DNA of 64,000 bases from Candidatus Komeilibacteria bacterium (lineage in GTDB: Bacteria > Patescibacteriota > Patescibacteriia > UBA1558): the NCBI GenBank assembly GCA_048538235.1, contig JBLYPX010000001.1, forward strand, positions 328,013 to 392,012. Reading direction: 5' to 3'. The stretch's first letter is position 1; the number at the start of each line of letters is the position of its first letter. A model generated the notes under the pieces. It did no database searches. It was not told the origin of the DNA and was given only the letters and a program-made list of their open reading frames with translations. Of this stretch, positions 20,085 through 29,653 are shown one piece after another. The position numbers were made by a program, and so were the translations under genes.

Positions 20085-21830
20085 ATGATTACTACCAAAG
20101 AATTAAGAAATAAATATTTGGACTTCTTTAAGTCTAAAAATCACGCCATTATTGATGGTGCTTGTTTGATTCCAGAAAACGATCCATCTGTACTATTTAC
20201 AACAGCTGGTATGCATCCTTTGGTGCCATATTTACTTGGAGAAAAACATCCAGCTGGAACAAAACTAACAGATTTCCAGAAATGTATTAGAACAGGAGAT
20301 ATTGATGAAGTTGGAGATAATGGTCACTTAACTTTCTTTGAAATGCTTGGTAATTGGTCACTGGGTGAGTATTTTAAGAAAGAAGCTATTGAAATGAGCT
20401 TTGAATTCTTAACCAAAGAATTAGGAATAGATATATCTAAATTAGCAGTTTCTGTTTTTGCTGGAGACAATGATTCTCCTAAAGATGTAGAATCTGCACA
20501 GATTTGGATGAGCTTAGGTGTTTCTGAAGATAGAATTGCATATTTAGGTAAAGAAGATAATTGGTGGGGTCCTGCTGGTATTACTGGTCCTTGTGGACCA
20601 GATAGTGAGATGTTCTATTGGACAGGCAAGGAAGAGGCACCAGCTAAATTTGACCCAGCAGACGATAGATGGCTTGAAATATGGAATGATGTGTTTATGC
20701 AATACAATAAAGCTGAAGATGGTAAATATATTCCTTTGGAACAAAAGAATGTAGATACAGGCATGGGTTTAGAAAGAACTGTCGCTATTCTAAATGGTTA
20801 CGATAATGTCTATGAAGTAGATACTATTAAACCTATCTATGATGAAGTTAAGTCTTTAGTTGAAGATAAAGATAATGTTAGAGCTATTAGAATAATTACA
20901 GATCATATTCGTGCAGCAGTTATGATTATAGGAGACGATAGAGGAGCAAGTCCTTCTAATGTAGATCAAGGTTACGTTGTTAGAAGACTCATTCGTTCAG
21001 CTATTAGAAGAAGTAGGGAAGTTGGTGCTCCAGATGATTGTGTTTTTAAAGTTGCAACTAAAGTTATTGAAGTAAGTAAAGAACTATATCCTGAGATAGA
21101 AAATAACAGACAAAGAGTATTGTCAGAAATTAAAGTTGAAACAGAAAAGTTTTCTAAAGTTTTAGGTAAGGGTGAAGAAATGGTTAAGGAATACATTAAA
21201 GACGGTAAGATTGATGCTAATGAAGCCTTTCAACTATATACAACCTATGGTTTTCCAATTGAAGAAATACAAAGATTGGGTGTTGAAGTAGATATGGCTG
21301 GTTTTCAAAAGCAGATTAAAGATCATCAAGATTTATCTAGAAAAGGTGCTGAACAAAAATTTAAAGGTGGTTTAGCAGATAATTCTGAAGAAACAACTGC
21401 ACTCCATACTGCAACTCATCTATTACATGCAGCTCTACGTAAAGTTTTAGGCGATCATGTAGCTCAGAAAGGTTCAAACATTACTGCAGATAGAGCCCGT
21501 TTTGACTTTTCCCATCCAGATAAGCTTACTGATGAAGAAAAGGAAAAAGTCACTAATATGATCAATGAAGTTATTGATGCTAAATTACCAGTTTCGGTTG
21601 AAGAAATGACTGTTGAAGAAGCAAAAAATGCTGGAGCTTTAGGTCTTTTTAACCAAAAATATGGGGATAAAGTTAAAGTATATACAGTCGGAGAGGGAAA
21701 TAATGTCTTTTCAAGAGAGATTTGTGGCGGTCCTCATGTTAAAAATACAGCTGATTTAGGGCATTTTCGTATAAAAAAAGAAGAAGCTTCATCTGCAGGT
21801 ATTAGACGTATTAAAGCAGTGCTGGAATAA
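20085..21830 (+). CDS. alaS: Alanine--tRNA ligase, short form lacking C-Ala domain
   Basis: LFTTAGMHP, FFEMLGNWS, VDTGMGLER, editing motifs HTATH and EICGGPH; own promoter TTGCTT-N17-TATACT. Confidence 0.96.
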   Translation: MITTKELRNKYLDFFKSKNHAIIDGACLIPENDPSVLFTTAGMHPLVPYLLGEKHPAGTKLTDFQKCIRTGDIDEVGDNGHLTFFEMLGNWSLGEYFKKEAIEMSFEFLTKELGIDISKLAVSVFAGDNDSPKDVESAQIWMSLGVSEDRIAYLGKEDNWWGPAGITGPCGPDSEMFYWTGKEEAPAKFDPADDRWLEIWNDVFMQYNKAEDGKYIPLEQKNVDTGMGLERTVAILNGYDNVYEVDTIKPIYDEVKSLVEDKDNVRAIRIITDHIRAAVMIIGDDRGASPSNVDQGYVVRRLIRSAIRRSREVGAPDDCVFKVATKVIEVSKELYPEIENNRQRVLSEIKVETEKFSKVLGKGEEMVKEYIKDGKIDANEAFQLYTTYGFPIEEIQRLGVEVDMAGFQKQIKDHQDLSRKGAEQKFKGGLADNSEETTALHTATHLLHAALRKVLGDHVAQKGSNITADRARFDFSHPDKLTDEEKEKVTNMINEVIDAKLPVSVEEMTVEEAKNAGALGLFNQKYGDKVKVYTVGEGNNVFSREICGGPHVKNTADLGHFRIKKEEASSAGIRRIKAVLE

Positions 21831-22006
21831 TTGACAATAGCTGCAAAATAATATATTATATTTACGCTTGACATTTAGAAGAAATCCCGTATAATTGCAA
21901 GCGTGTTAATTAATATCAATTGAGATAAAAATATTTATCCAATACTTTAGAGGAACTATGGTTAAAAACGTAAGATCTGAAGTGTGGTGTATTTTTTTTA
22001 CCCTGA

Positions 22007-22243
22007 ATGGAAAATAACGAATTTGGAACAAATAAAAAAGGTTTTATTGAGGCAGTTGGCACTGTCATAGAATTATTGCCCGCTACAAACTTTAAAGTTG
22101 AGCTTGAAAATGGGCATGAGATTACAGCATACCTTTCTGGTAAATTAAGAAAATTTAGAATTAAAATTCTTCCTGGAGATAAGGTTAAAGTGGAAATGAG
22201 TCCATATGACTTAACTAAAGGTAGAATTACATATAGAAATTAA
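22007..22243 (+). CDS. infA: Translation initiation factor IF-1
   Basis: [37 protein letters not shown]. Confidence 0.97.
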   Translation: MENNEFGTNKKGFIEAVGTVIELLPATNFKVELENGHEITAYLSGKLRKFRIKILPGDKVKVEMSPYDLTKGRITYRN

Positions 22244-22252
22244 ATTAATAAA

Positions 22253-22366
22253 ATGAAAGTTAGAGCTTCTGTAAAGAAAATGTGTAAAGATTGTAAGATT
22301 ACTCGCCGTAAAGGACGTGTAGTTTGTCTTTGTACAAATCCTAAACATAAGCAAAGACAAGGTTAA
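22253..22366 (+). CDS. rpmJ: 50S ribosomal protein bL36 (missing from ORF track)
   Basis: [37 protein letters not shown], translated by hand. Confidence 0.97.
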   Translation: MKVRASVKKMCKDCKITRRKGRVVCLCTNPKHKQRQG

Positions 22367-22375
22367 TATAATACT

Positions 22376-22765
22376 ATGGCAAGAATCGCAAATGTAAATG
22401 TACCAAATGAAAAAAGAGTTGTTATTGGATTAACATATATCTATGGTATTGGTGCAACTACTGCAGCTAAAATATTAAAAGCTGTAAAGATAGATGAAAG
22501 TACAAGAGTCAAAGATTTAACTGAAGCTCAATTACAGACATTGAGAGATTTTATTGGTAAGTCACACAAAGTAGAAGGAGACTTAAGAAGAGAAGTTCTA
22601 CTTAATATTAAAAGATTAAAAGAAATTTCAGCATACCGTGGTTCTAGACATGCACGTTCTTTACCAGCACGTGGTCAAAGAACAAAGACTAATTCTAGAA
22701 CAGTTAGAGGTAATAAGAGAAGAACAATGGGTAGTGGTAAAGCTAAAGCTGCTGCTAAGACTTAA
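22376..22765 (+). CDS. rpsM: 30S ribosomal protein uS13
   Basis: MARIANV...LTYIYGIG...[11 protein letters not shown]. Confidence 0.97.
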   Translation: MARIANVNVPNEKRVVIGLTYIYGIGATTAAKILKAVKIDESTRVKDLTEAQLQTLRDFIGKSHKVEGDLRREVLLNIKRLKEISAYRGSRHARSLPARGQRTKTNSRTVRGNKRRTMGSGKAKAAAKT

Positions 22766-22776
22766 TTTATACAAGT

Positions 22777-23229
22777 ATGTCACGTAAAAAAAGATTATTA
22801 GATAAACAAAGAAAAAGAGCAGTTAGTAAAAAAACTGTTGTTAATAAAGATAAGAAGCCTAAGCGTAAGAAAGTTAAACGTATTGTTAAACGTGGACAAG
22901 CTCACGTACAGGCTACATATAATAATACAATTGTAAGTATTTCAGATTTAAACGGTGGCGTATTAGCACAATCATCTGCAGGAGAGTCTGGTTTTAAAGG
23001 ACCAAAGAAAGCTACTCCATACGCAGCTACAGTTATTGTTAAAAACTTAGCTGAGAAAGTTAAGAATTATGGTGTACAAGAAGTAGATGTATTTGTTAAA
23101 GGTGTTGGTTCTGGAAGAGAATCAGCAGTACGTGCCTTACATGCTAATGGTATTAATGTTATGAGTATTAAGGACGTAACTCCAATACCACATAATGGCT
23201 GTAGACCTAAGAAACCTAGAAGAGTTTAA
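22777..23229 (+). CDS. rpsK: 30S ribosomal protein uS11 with basic N-terminal extension
   Basis: ATYNNTIV, KKATPYAA, DVTPIPHNGCRP. Confidence 0.97.
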   Translation: MSRKKRLLDKQRKRAVSKKTVVNKDKKPKRKKVKRIVKRGQAHVQATYNNTIVSISDLNGGVLAQSSAGESGFKGPKKATPYAATVIVKNLAEKVKNYGVQEVDVFVKGVGSGRESAVRALHANGINVMSIKDVTPIPHNGCRPKKPRRV

Positions 23230-23238
23230 TATAAATAT

Positions 23239-23853
23239 ATGGGAAGATATAGAGGACCAAAATGGAAACAATCAAGAAGAGAAGGCGTTGAACTTCGTGA
23301 AGAAGGGAAGCGTGCTTTAACCAAGAGAAATTATCCACCGGGTATTCATGGACCAATGTCTATGCGTAAACGTTTAACATCATATGGTAAACAGTTAAGA
23401 GAGAAACAGAAATGTAAACGTATGTACGGTGTATATGAAAAACAATTCTTGAATTATTATAAAAAAGCTGTTAACACAACTGGTAATGCTGCAGATAATC
23501 TTCGAACTCTACTTGAGTCTAGATTAGATAATGCTATTTACAGATTGGGTTGGGCTACTTCAAGACAACAAGCAAGACAGCTTGTTACACATGGTCATAT
23601 TGAAATAGACGGTAATAAGGTAGATATACCTTCATACCATGTAACTCCAGGCATGATCATAACTATTAAGAAATCATACCAAGATAAAGCATATTGGAAA
23701 GATGTTTTACCTAAAACTGCAAAGAAAGAAATGCCAGGTTGGATAGGCTATGATGCTACTAAAGCAGAAGCTACTATTACAACAGCTCCAGATATAGACG
23801 TTACAGTATCTATGTATGACGCTACTTTAATAATTGAATTTTATTCAAAATAA
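23239..23853 (+). CDS. rpsD: 30S ribosomal protein uS4
   Basis: QLREKQK, LESRLDN, ARQLVTHGH, IIEFYS. Confidence 0.97.
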   Translation: MGRYRGPKWKQSRREGVELREEGKRALTKRNYPPGIHGPMSMRKRLTSYGKQLREKQKCKRMYGVYEKQFLNYYKKAVNTTGNAADNLRTLLESRLDNAIYRLGWATSRQQARQLVTHGHIEIDGNKVDIPSYHVTPGMIITIKKSYQDKAYWKDVLPKTAKKEMPGWIGYDATKAEATITTAPDIDVTVSMYDATLIIEFYSK

Positions 23854-23871
23854 AATCTTAACCAAAAAACT

Positions 23872-24666
23872 ATGTTGTCAATTACACCTCCACAAAATAT
23901 TACTTACAATGAACAAGCAGATAATAAAACTGAGGTTATTATTGAACCTTGTTATCCTGGATATGGTGTTACGATTGGTAATTCATTAAGAAGAGTATTA
24001 CTTGCATCACTAGATGGTGCTGCTATTGTCGGCTTTAAAATTAAAGGCGTAGATCATGAATTCTCAGCTATTGAGAATGTTAAAGAAGATGTGGTAGATA
24101 TTATACTTAATTTAAAGAAAGTAAGACTTAAAATTCATGAAATGCCAGAAGAAGGGGATGTAAGACTAACATTAAAGATGAGTGGTTCTAAAAAAGTAAC
24201 TGCTGGAGATATAGATAAAGATTCAAATGTAGAAATTATTAATAAAGATCAATTAATCGCTACTTTAACAGATGCCAAGGCTGAATTTGAAATGGAAATT
24301 TTTGCTAGAGTTGGTAGAGGTTATGAAACAGTTGAACAAAGAGATAAAGAAAAGTTAGAAATTGGTACAATTGCTATTGATTCACTTTACTCACCAGTTG
24401 TTAATGTAGGCTTTACTATTGAAAGTACTCGTGTTGGTGAAATGACTAACTATGAAAAGTTAATCATGTTAATTGAAACAGATGGTACTATTTCTACAGA
24501 AGATGCAGTAGATAGTTCAACTAAACTATTAGTAAATCAATTTACAGCTTTAATAAATTCTAAGGAAGAAAAAAAAGAGAAAAAGGTTAAATTAGAGGAA
24601 AAGGTTGAAGAACTTCCAGAAGAAGAGGCTGCTAAACCAGGAAGACCAAAAAAAGAAGATAAATAA
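23872..24666 (+). CDS. rpoA: RNA polymerase alpha subunit, NTD only, with charged tail
   Basis: EPCYPGYGVTIGNSLRRVLL, HEFS, DSLYSPV, ETDG; no alpha-CTD. Confidence 0.95.
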   Translation: MLSITPPQNITYNEQADNKTEVIIEPCYPGYGVTIGNSLRRVLLASLDGAAIVGFKIKGVDHEFSAIENVKEDVVDIILNLKKVRLKIHEMPEEGDVRLTLKMSGSKKVTAGDIDKDSNVEIINKDQLIATLTDAKAEFEMEIFARVGRGYETVEQRDKEKLEIGTIAIDSLYSPVVNVGFTIESTRVGEMTNYEKLIMLIETDGTISTEDAVDSSTKLLVNQFTALINSKEEKKEKKVKLEEKVEELPEEEAAKPGRPKKEDK

Positions 24667-24668
24667 TT

Positions 24669-25019
24669 ATGAGACATAATAAAACTACAGGTAAATTAAG
24701 TAGAAATGCAGGCGCTAGAAAATCACTAATGGCTAATTTAGCTATGCAGTTAATTATATTTGAAGGTATTACAACTACAGAAGCTAAAGCTAAAGAGCTT
24801 AGAAAGTATATTGAGCCAATGATAACAAAAGCCAAAAGAGGTAATTTAGCAGACAGACGTAAATTAATTGGTGTTTTGCCAATTAAGAAAGCTGTTGCTA
24901 AACTATTTGATGTAATTGGTCCAAAATATAAAGAAAGAAATGGTGGTTATACCAGAATTATTAAACTAGAACCTAGAGTAGGTGATGGTGCTAAAATGGC
25001 TAAAATTGAATTAGTATAA
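24669..25019 (+). CDS. rplQ: 50S ribosomal protein bL17
   Basis: MRH...ITTTEAKAKE...RNGGYTRI. Confidence 0.97.
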   Translation: MRHNKTTGKLSRNAGARKSLMANLAMQLIIFEGITTTEAKAKELRKYIEPMITKAKRGNLADRRKLIGVLPIKKAVAKLFDVIGPKYKERNGGYTRIIKLEPRVGDGAKMAKIELV

Positions 25020-25021
25020 TT

Positions 25022-25381
25022 ATGAAATACAATAATAGAGAACATCATAAAATAGACGTTGAGGGTAAAGTAGCTGGCAGAATCGCTTCTGAAGTTGCTA
25101 AGATTTTAATTGGTAAGAATAAACCAGATTATGAACCTCATATAGATTCAGGAGATTATGTTGAAATTGCTAATGTAGATAAATTAGTATTTACTGGTAA
25201 TAAATTAGAGGATAAGAAATATCATAAATTTACTGGCTATATCGGTAATTTAAAAACAACTGTTCTTAAAGATTGGATGAATAAAAAACCAGATAAGCTT
25301 TTTCAGAGAATGGTTAGAAATATGTTACCAGATAATAGACTAAGAGCAGATAGATTAAAAAGATTAACTTTTAAGAAATAG
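25022..25381 (+). CDS. rplM: 50S ribosomal protein uL13
   Basis: GRIASEVAKILIGKNKP, DSGDYV, MLP. Confidence 0.95.
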   Translation: MKYNNREHHKIDVEGKVAGRIASEVAKILIGKNKPDYEPHIDSGDYVEIANVDKLVFTGNKLEDKKYHKFTGYIGNLKTTVLKDWMNKKPDKLFQRMVRNMLPDNRLRADRLKRLTFKK

Positions 25382-25383
25382 AC

Positions 25384-25854
25384 ATGGCAGATACAGTAAC
25401 AAAAGAGAAACCTAAGGCAGCAGCTGTTAAAGCAGGAAATACACCTAAGGTTAAAAAATATAAAGGAATGTACCAATCAGTTGGTAAAAGAAAATCAGCT
25501 GTAGCTAGAGTACGTTTATCTGACAAAGGAGATAAAACAGAGATTGTTGTTAATGGTAAGCCAATGAATGAATATTTTAATAGTCCTATTTGGCAGAAAA
25601 CAATATTAGCTCCATTAGATATTACTGGTTATTTAAATAAGGTAGCTATTTCAGTAAAAGTTCAAGGTGGCGGACCTATGGGTCAAGCAGAAGCTATTCG
25701 TCATGGTATTGCTAAGATACTTGTAGGTATAAATGAAGCTCACCGTAAACCATTAAAAGTATTAGGCTTTTTAACTAGAGATCCTCGTGTTAAAGAAAGA
25801 AAGAAACCTGGTCTAAAACGTGCACGTCGTGCACCACAATGGTCAAAACGTTAA
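25384..25854 (+). CDS. rpsI: 30S ribosomal protein uS9
   Basis: GKRKSAVARV, GGGPMGQA, LTRDPRVKERKKPG...QWSKR. Confidence 0.97.
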   Translation: MADTVTKEKPKAAAVKAGNTPKVKKYKGMYQSVGKRKSAVARVRLSDKGDKTEIVVNGKPMNEYFNSPIWQKTILAPLDITGYLNKVAISVKVQGGGPMGQAEAIRHGIAKILVGINEAHRKPLKVLGFLTRDPRVKERKKPGLKRARRAPQWSKR

Positions 25855-25880
25855 TTATTGCGTACATTATATATACATAT

Positions 25881-25907
25881 AAAACAGATTCCTTTGGAGT
25901 CTGTTTT
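25881..25907 (+). terminator. Terminator of ribosomal protein operon
   Basis: AAAACAGATTCC-TTT-GGAGTCTGTTTT. Confidence 0.85.
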
Positions 25908-25974
25908 AGTTTGTTGACAGGAAATATTATACATGGTTAAATACAGTATTGTAATTTAACACAAAGGAGGGGTT

Positions 25975-26370
25975 ATGAAAAACGCTTATAAATGGCTGTT
26001 GATTACATTTAGTGTTGTTATATACACCCTGATGATAATCTCGGGTGTACATCTCAAATTCTGGGAAATTTTCACCAGAGGAAATGTTTGGACAATGCTA
26101 TTACTAATAGTTTTGTTCCTAACAGTGTTTGTTGCTCGTCTTCTGGTGTATATCGCCAGTAAATGGGGAACAGCTCCGTGTAATCCAGTTGCTTTCGGTA
26201 TCGGAGTAGGAGTGTTTGTTGTTCTGAATATATTTCCATCAACAAGGGAATTGTTCTTTTTTAGACCGGCAGCTGGTATCGCCACCATAATTATGGTTAT
26301 TACAGATCTTCATGTAATGGCTAACTATATTATGGACGATGACAAAATTTACAATTCAGCTGAAAGTTAG
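25975..26370 (+). CDS. Orphan 4-TM membrane protein (SD-led cassette)
   Basis: Promoter TTGACA 25914 with TGG-TTAAAT; AAAGGAGGGG SD; four hydrophobic segments. Confidence 0.75.
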   Translation: MKNAYKWLLITFSVVIYTLMIISGVHLKFWEIFTRGNVWTMLLLIVLFLTVFVARLLVYIASKWGTAPCNPVAFGIGVGVFVVLNIFPSTRELFFFRPAAGIATIIMVITDLHVMANYIMDDDKIYNSAES

Positions 26371-26387
26371 TCGCTCTTTTCAAAATG

Positions 26388-26417
26388 AAAACCACCTCAT
26401 TGTGAGGTGGTTTTTTT
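26388..26417. terminator. Bidirectional terminator between convergent orphan cassettes
   Basis: AAAACCACCTCA-TTG-TGAGGTGGTTTT. Confidence 0.85.
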
Positions 26418-26768
26418 GTTCTGCAAGTCATGAATATACCAAGCCATTATTGCGCTTGAATAAAAGGCAATGCTTGGTAAAAAAGCAAAGGCAAATTTGA
26501 ATGACCAGGATATGTTTTCAACATTCGTGTAAACAGATTCTGGATCAACAAACCATCTTAGCATTCCACCTAGAAAGATTCCAATTCCTAGTAGTGCTAA
26601 TAGTATTTTTCCACTAGGTACATTGTAGAATTTAGGAGCCAGTACAAAAGCAGATAGTGCAAAGAATGGTGAGAAGGTAATGTTTCCTAAGTACCCTGGA
26701 ATTCCACCAAATACTACGTAAATCAGGGGTAGGATTAAAACATGGAAATATCTTTTGTCGGTTATCAT
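26397..26768 (-). CDS. Orphan 4-TM membrane protein (SD-led cassette)
   Basis: Start moved to 26768 (MITDKRY) after AAAGGAG; promoter TTGACT-N17-TAATAT at 26813-26841. Confidence 0.72.
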   Translation of the reverse strand: MITDKRYFHVLILPLIYVVFGGIPGYLGNITFSPFFALSAFVLAPKFYNVPSGKILLALLGIGIFLGGMLRWFVDPESVYTNVENISWSFKFAFAFLPSIAFYSSAIMAWYIHDLQNKKTTSQ

Positions 26769-26850
26769 TTTATTCTCCTTTGTATATTTCATTGTCAAAT
26801 AGCTAGTAGGAAATATTAACATGAAGCCCTGTATCAGTCAAGACTAAAAC

Positions 26851-26878
26851 AAAAACCGCTTCGATGTTCTGAAGCGGT
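26851..26878 (-). terminator. Intrinsic terminator
   Basis: ACCGCTTC/GAAGCGGT stem, T-run on minus strand. Confidence 0.8.
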
Positions 26879-26887
26879 CAATATGAC

Positions 26888-27328
26888 TTAGCCAGTCATA
26901 TCTTTACAATTCTTCTCGAATTGCTTGTATTCGTGTTGTTCTTCGGTGATCATTTTTTCCTTGCGAACATAGTTCCAGGCACCCAAGACAGCACCAATGA
27001 TTGAAAAGAACATACTCATAAGAGCGGCACTGAATCTCACCAATAATGTTTCAAGAACTGGTGAGAGAACTGTGTTTGGATTGTATACCTCTACATCAAA
27101 TGTAGATAAATATATTCCAGCCACAAGTGTTCCGAAAAGCCATGGGATTATAGAATGTATATCCCCAAGACGTAAAGCTGAATAACCAAGTACAAATGCT
27201 ATTAATGACACTATCCACCAAGATAGGTATGGATCGTGCCTAACTGCAGTACTGACAAAAAAAGCTGCTAGGGCAAATAACACCATTAGTGTTCTGCCTG
27301 GCTCAACATCCCAACCTCTTTCACTCAT
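26888..27328 (-). CDS. Orphan 4-TM membrane protein (SD-led cassette)
   Basis: GGAGGA SD; promoter TTGACT-N17-TAATTT at 27368-27396. Confidence 0.75.
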   Translation of the reverse strand: MSERGWDVEPGRTLMVLFALAAFFVSTAVRHDPYLSWWIVSLIAFVLGYSALRLGDIHSIIPWLFGTLVAGIYLSTFDVEVYNPNTVLSPVLETLLVRFSAALMSMFFSIIGAVLGAWNYVRKEKMITEEQHEYKQFEKNCKDMTG

Positions 27329-27460
27329 TGTATTTCCTCCATTTAAATAATGTACGATTAGTAATACAAATTACCATGGATACACACTAAAGTCAATATA
27401 TTATTGACAATAATATATAATTGTGTTAATCTACACAGAACTTTGAAATAGGGGGTAGAT

Positions 27461-27661
27461 ATGGAATCTACAAAGCTACAAAAAATGCGTAAAGCTACCT
27501 TCATGAAAATTTGTCGTGAAGAAGGTGTCGTAGGTAATGCTGCAGAACACTTGTGGGAAATAATAAGTATTAACCCATGTAGCATACTAAATACTGATCC
27601 ATCATCAAAAGAATGGGTTAGAAAAATTGCCAAAGAAACATTAGTACTTTGGAGAAAATGA
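27461..27661 (+). CDS. Orphan small basic protein, paralog 1
   Basis: GGGGG-rich SD; promoter TTGACA-N17-TAATCT at 27404-27432; similar to next ORF. Confidence 0.72.
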   Translation: MESTKLQKMRKATFMKICREEGVVGNAAEHLWEIISINPCSILNTDPSSKEWVRKIAKETLVLWRK

Positions 27662-27668
27662 GGAGTTC

Positions 27669-27872
27669 ATGTATAGACCAAAAAGATTACCCAGACGCAA
27701 ATTTATTCAAATTTGTACAGAACAAGGTTTAGATAAATATACAGCTGAAAATTTGTATCTTCGTCTTAAATCTAAAAGGAAAATTCTGTTGGTAAATACA
27801 CCAAGTAATGTAGACTGGATAAGAGCCAGTGCTAGAAAAGCAGCTCTTCGCCAGGCGAAAAGCAAAACCTAA
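27669..27872 (+). CDS. Orphan small basic protein, paralog 2
   Basis: GAGGAG SD; shares F..IC.E.G....AE.L and W.R..A with the upstream ORF. Confidence 0.72.
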   Translation: MYRPKRLPRRKFIQICTEQGLDKYTAENLYLRLKSKRKILLVNTPSNVDWIRASARKAALRQAKSKT

Positions 27873-27875
27873 TTT

Positions 27876-27949
27876 AGGTTCATGATTAATTCATGGACCT
27901 TTTTTATTTAAATTAAAACCCAGCTAACTTTCGCTAGCTGGGCTGTTTT
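27876..27949. terminator. Two back-to-back terminators (plus 27876-27905, minus 27915-27942)
   Basis: AGGTTCATGA/TCATGGACCT plus T-run; CCCAGCTA/TAGCTGGG stem. Confidence 0.75.
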
Positions 27950-28779
27950 TAAAACAGTGAAATAATGTCATTACCAAGAGATAGGACAACTAGTAAAACT
28001 ACCAGTATTACACCAATATTTTCAAAGGCCTTGTTTATTGTTGGGCTTATATTCTTAATATATGCTCCAACAATTCGTCCGCCGTCTAATGGAAACAATG
28101 GTAATGTGTTTAATAGTCCAATAGCAAGTGTTAATGTCATTGTTAATGACAGAAAGTCTACAAAACCATTAACAGTACCATTGGTCATATTAAAGATAGC
28201 AATAGGGCCACCAAATACGTCTCCTGTTGCAGATCCACCATCAACTGCACCTTTTAGACCATTACCAATACTATTAGCAGCAAGATCTGCAGAAATAGCA
28301 TCTCCTGTCATAGCTATTACAGCAAGTAGTCCAAGAATTGCCAGCACAGGCATAATTACATAGCTAAAAAATCTTTTAGCTAGCAATACCATTCCAAGTG
28401 CAAATAATAGCATCCAGAGATGGGGGATGAAAAATCCATACAGAATGGATAAGATCATTCCTAAAACCAGACCAAGACAATAGTTTGCCCAAGGGCCAGA
28501 ACCAGATATTACAACATTATCCTTAAGAGATATTTCCTCCCATATGTTAGATTTCTCCGGTTTAACATAAGCCATCACAACTAGAGGACTAAAAGTAACC
28601 GGACAATCAAAGTACTTACTGTACGTTTTTATGGTTAACCATTTAACTGGTACGCCAATTCCAATTGAGTTAATCTTAACACCACGTTTTCTCATTTCAT
28701 ATGCATGTGCAAATTCATGAACAGTGGCACTTATTCCAAAAGCAAAAAGCAGTATAGCGAATGTTAATAGTGAGGTCAT
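27949..28779 (-). CDS. Site-2 protease (peptidase M50) without PDZ domain, SD-led cassette
   Basis: HEFAH zinc motif, GPWAN, NTLPLFPLDGG; AGGAGGAGGT SD; promoter at 28827-28855. Confidence 0.9.
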   Translation of the reverse strand: MTSLLTFAILLFAFGISATVHEFAHAYEMRKRGVKINSIGIGVPVKWLTIKTYSKYFDCPVTFSPLVVMAYVKPEKSNIWEEISLKDNVVISGSGPWANYCLGLVLGMILSILYGFFIPHLWMLLFALGMVLLAKRFFSYVIMPVLAILGLLAVIAMTGDAISADLAANSIGNGLKGAVDGGSATGDVFGGPIAIFNMTNGTVNGFVDFLSLTMTLTLAIGLLNTLPLFPLDGGRIVGAYIKNISPTINKAFENIGVILVVLLVVLSLGNDIISLF

Positions 28780-28897
28780 AACCTCCTCCTTTTATTTCAT
28801 GTTTAATGTTAATGAGCCAACAAAATACATTAGCATATATTTACATATTTGTCAATATTCTTTTGACTTTTTTACTTTAACAAGAGATAATTAGTCC

Positions 28898-29614
28898 ATG
28901 GATATAATATTATTAGACACAGAAACAACTGGTGTAGAACCAAATGCAAGACTAGTACAACTTGCATATAAAAACCTCAGTACAGGTAAATCTGTAAATG
29001 AGTATTTTAAGCCACCAATTCCTATTAGCATCAATGCTATGGCTACACACCATATTACGAATAGGGAAGTTGAAGATAAGCCAGCTTTTATTGGTTCAGA
29101 GTGTCAAAAAGAGATAAATAGACTATTACCTAAAAATATATTAGTTGCCCATAATGCATTATATGACATGACTATCTTAAGAAATGAAGATGTGGCTATC
29201 GGTAAATATATAGATACATTAAGATTGTCTAAGCATTTAATAGAGTCTGAAGCATATAATATGCAGTACTTAAGATATTTCCTGGATTTAAATGTTACAG
29301 CACTTGCACATAATGCAATGGGGGATGTAGCTGTACTGGAAGCTTTATTTAATCATTTGAAAGAACTTGTTAAAAAGAAGTTAAATGTTTCTTCAGATGA
29401 AGATATTTATACAGCGATGCTAGATTTAACACAGCAACCTGTATTATTAAAGACATTAATGTTTGGTAAGTATAAGGGTAAAACCTTTGCAGATGTGTTA
29501 GAATATGATAGAAATTACTTACAATGGCTATATGATGAACAGATGAAGAATGATGAGATAGACAGAAATGAGGATCTTGTTTATACCTTGAAGGAATATT
29601 TACAAGTTAGATAG
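28898..29614 (+). CDS. DEDDh 3'-5' exonuclease (ExoX/DnaQ-like) with C-terminal FGKYKG (DUF3820-like) domain
   Basis: LDTETTG, AHNALYD, AHNAMGD, MFGKYKG...YLQWL. Confidence 0.88.
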   Translation: MDIILLDTETTGVEPNARLVQLAYKNLSTGKSVNEYFKPPIPISINAMATHHITNREVEDKPAFIGSECQKEINRLLPKNILVAHNALYDMTILRNEDVAIGKYIDTLRLSKHLIESEAYNMQYLRYFLDLNVTALAHNAMGDVAVLEALFNHLKELVKKKLNVSSDEDIYTAMLDLTQQPVLLKTLMFGKYKGKTFADVLEYDRNYLQWLYDEQMKNDEIDRNEDLVYTLKEYLQVR

Positions 29615-29653
29615 TATTTGACATTGTTAAACTTACGCTGTAAGTTATTAGCG

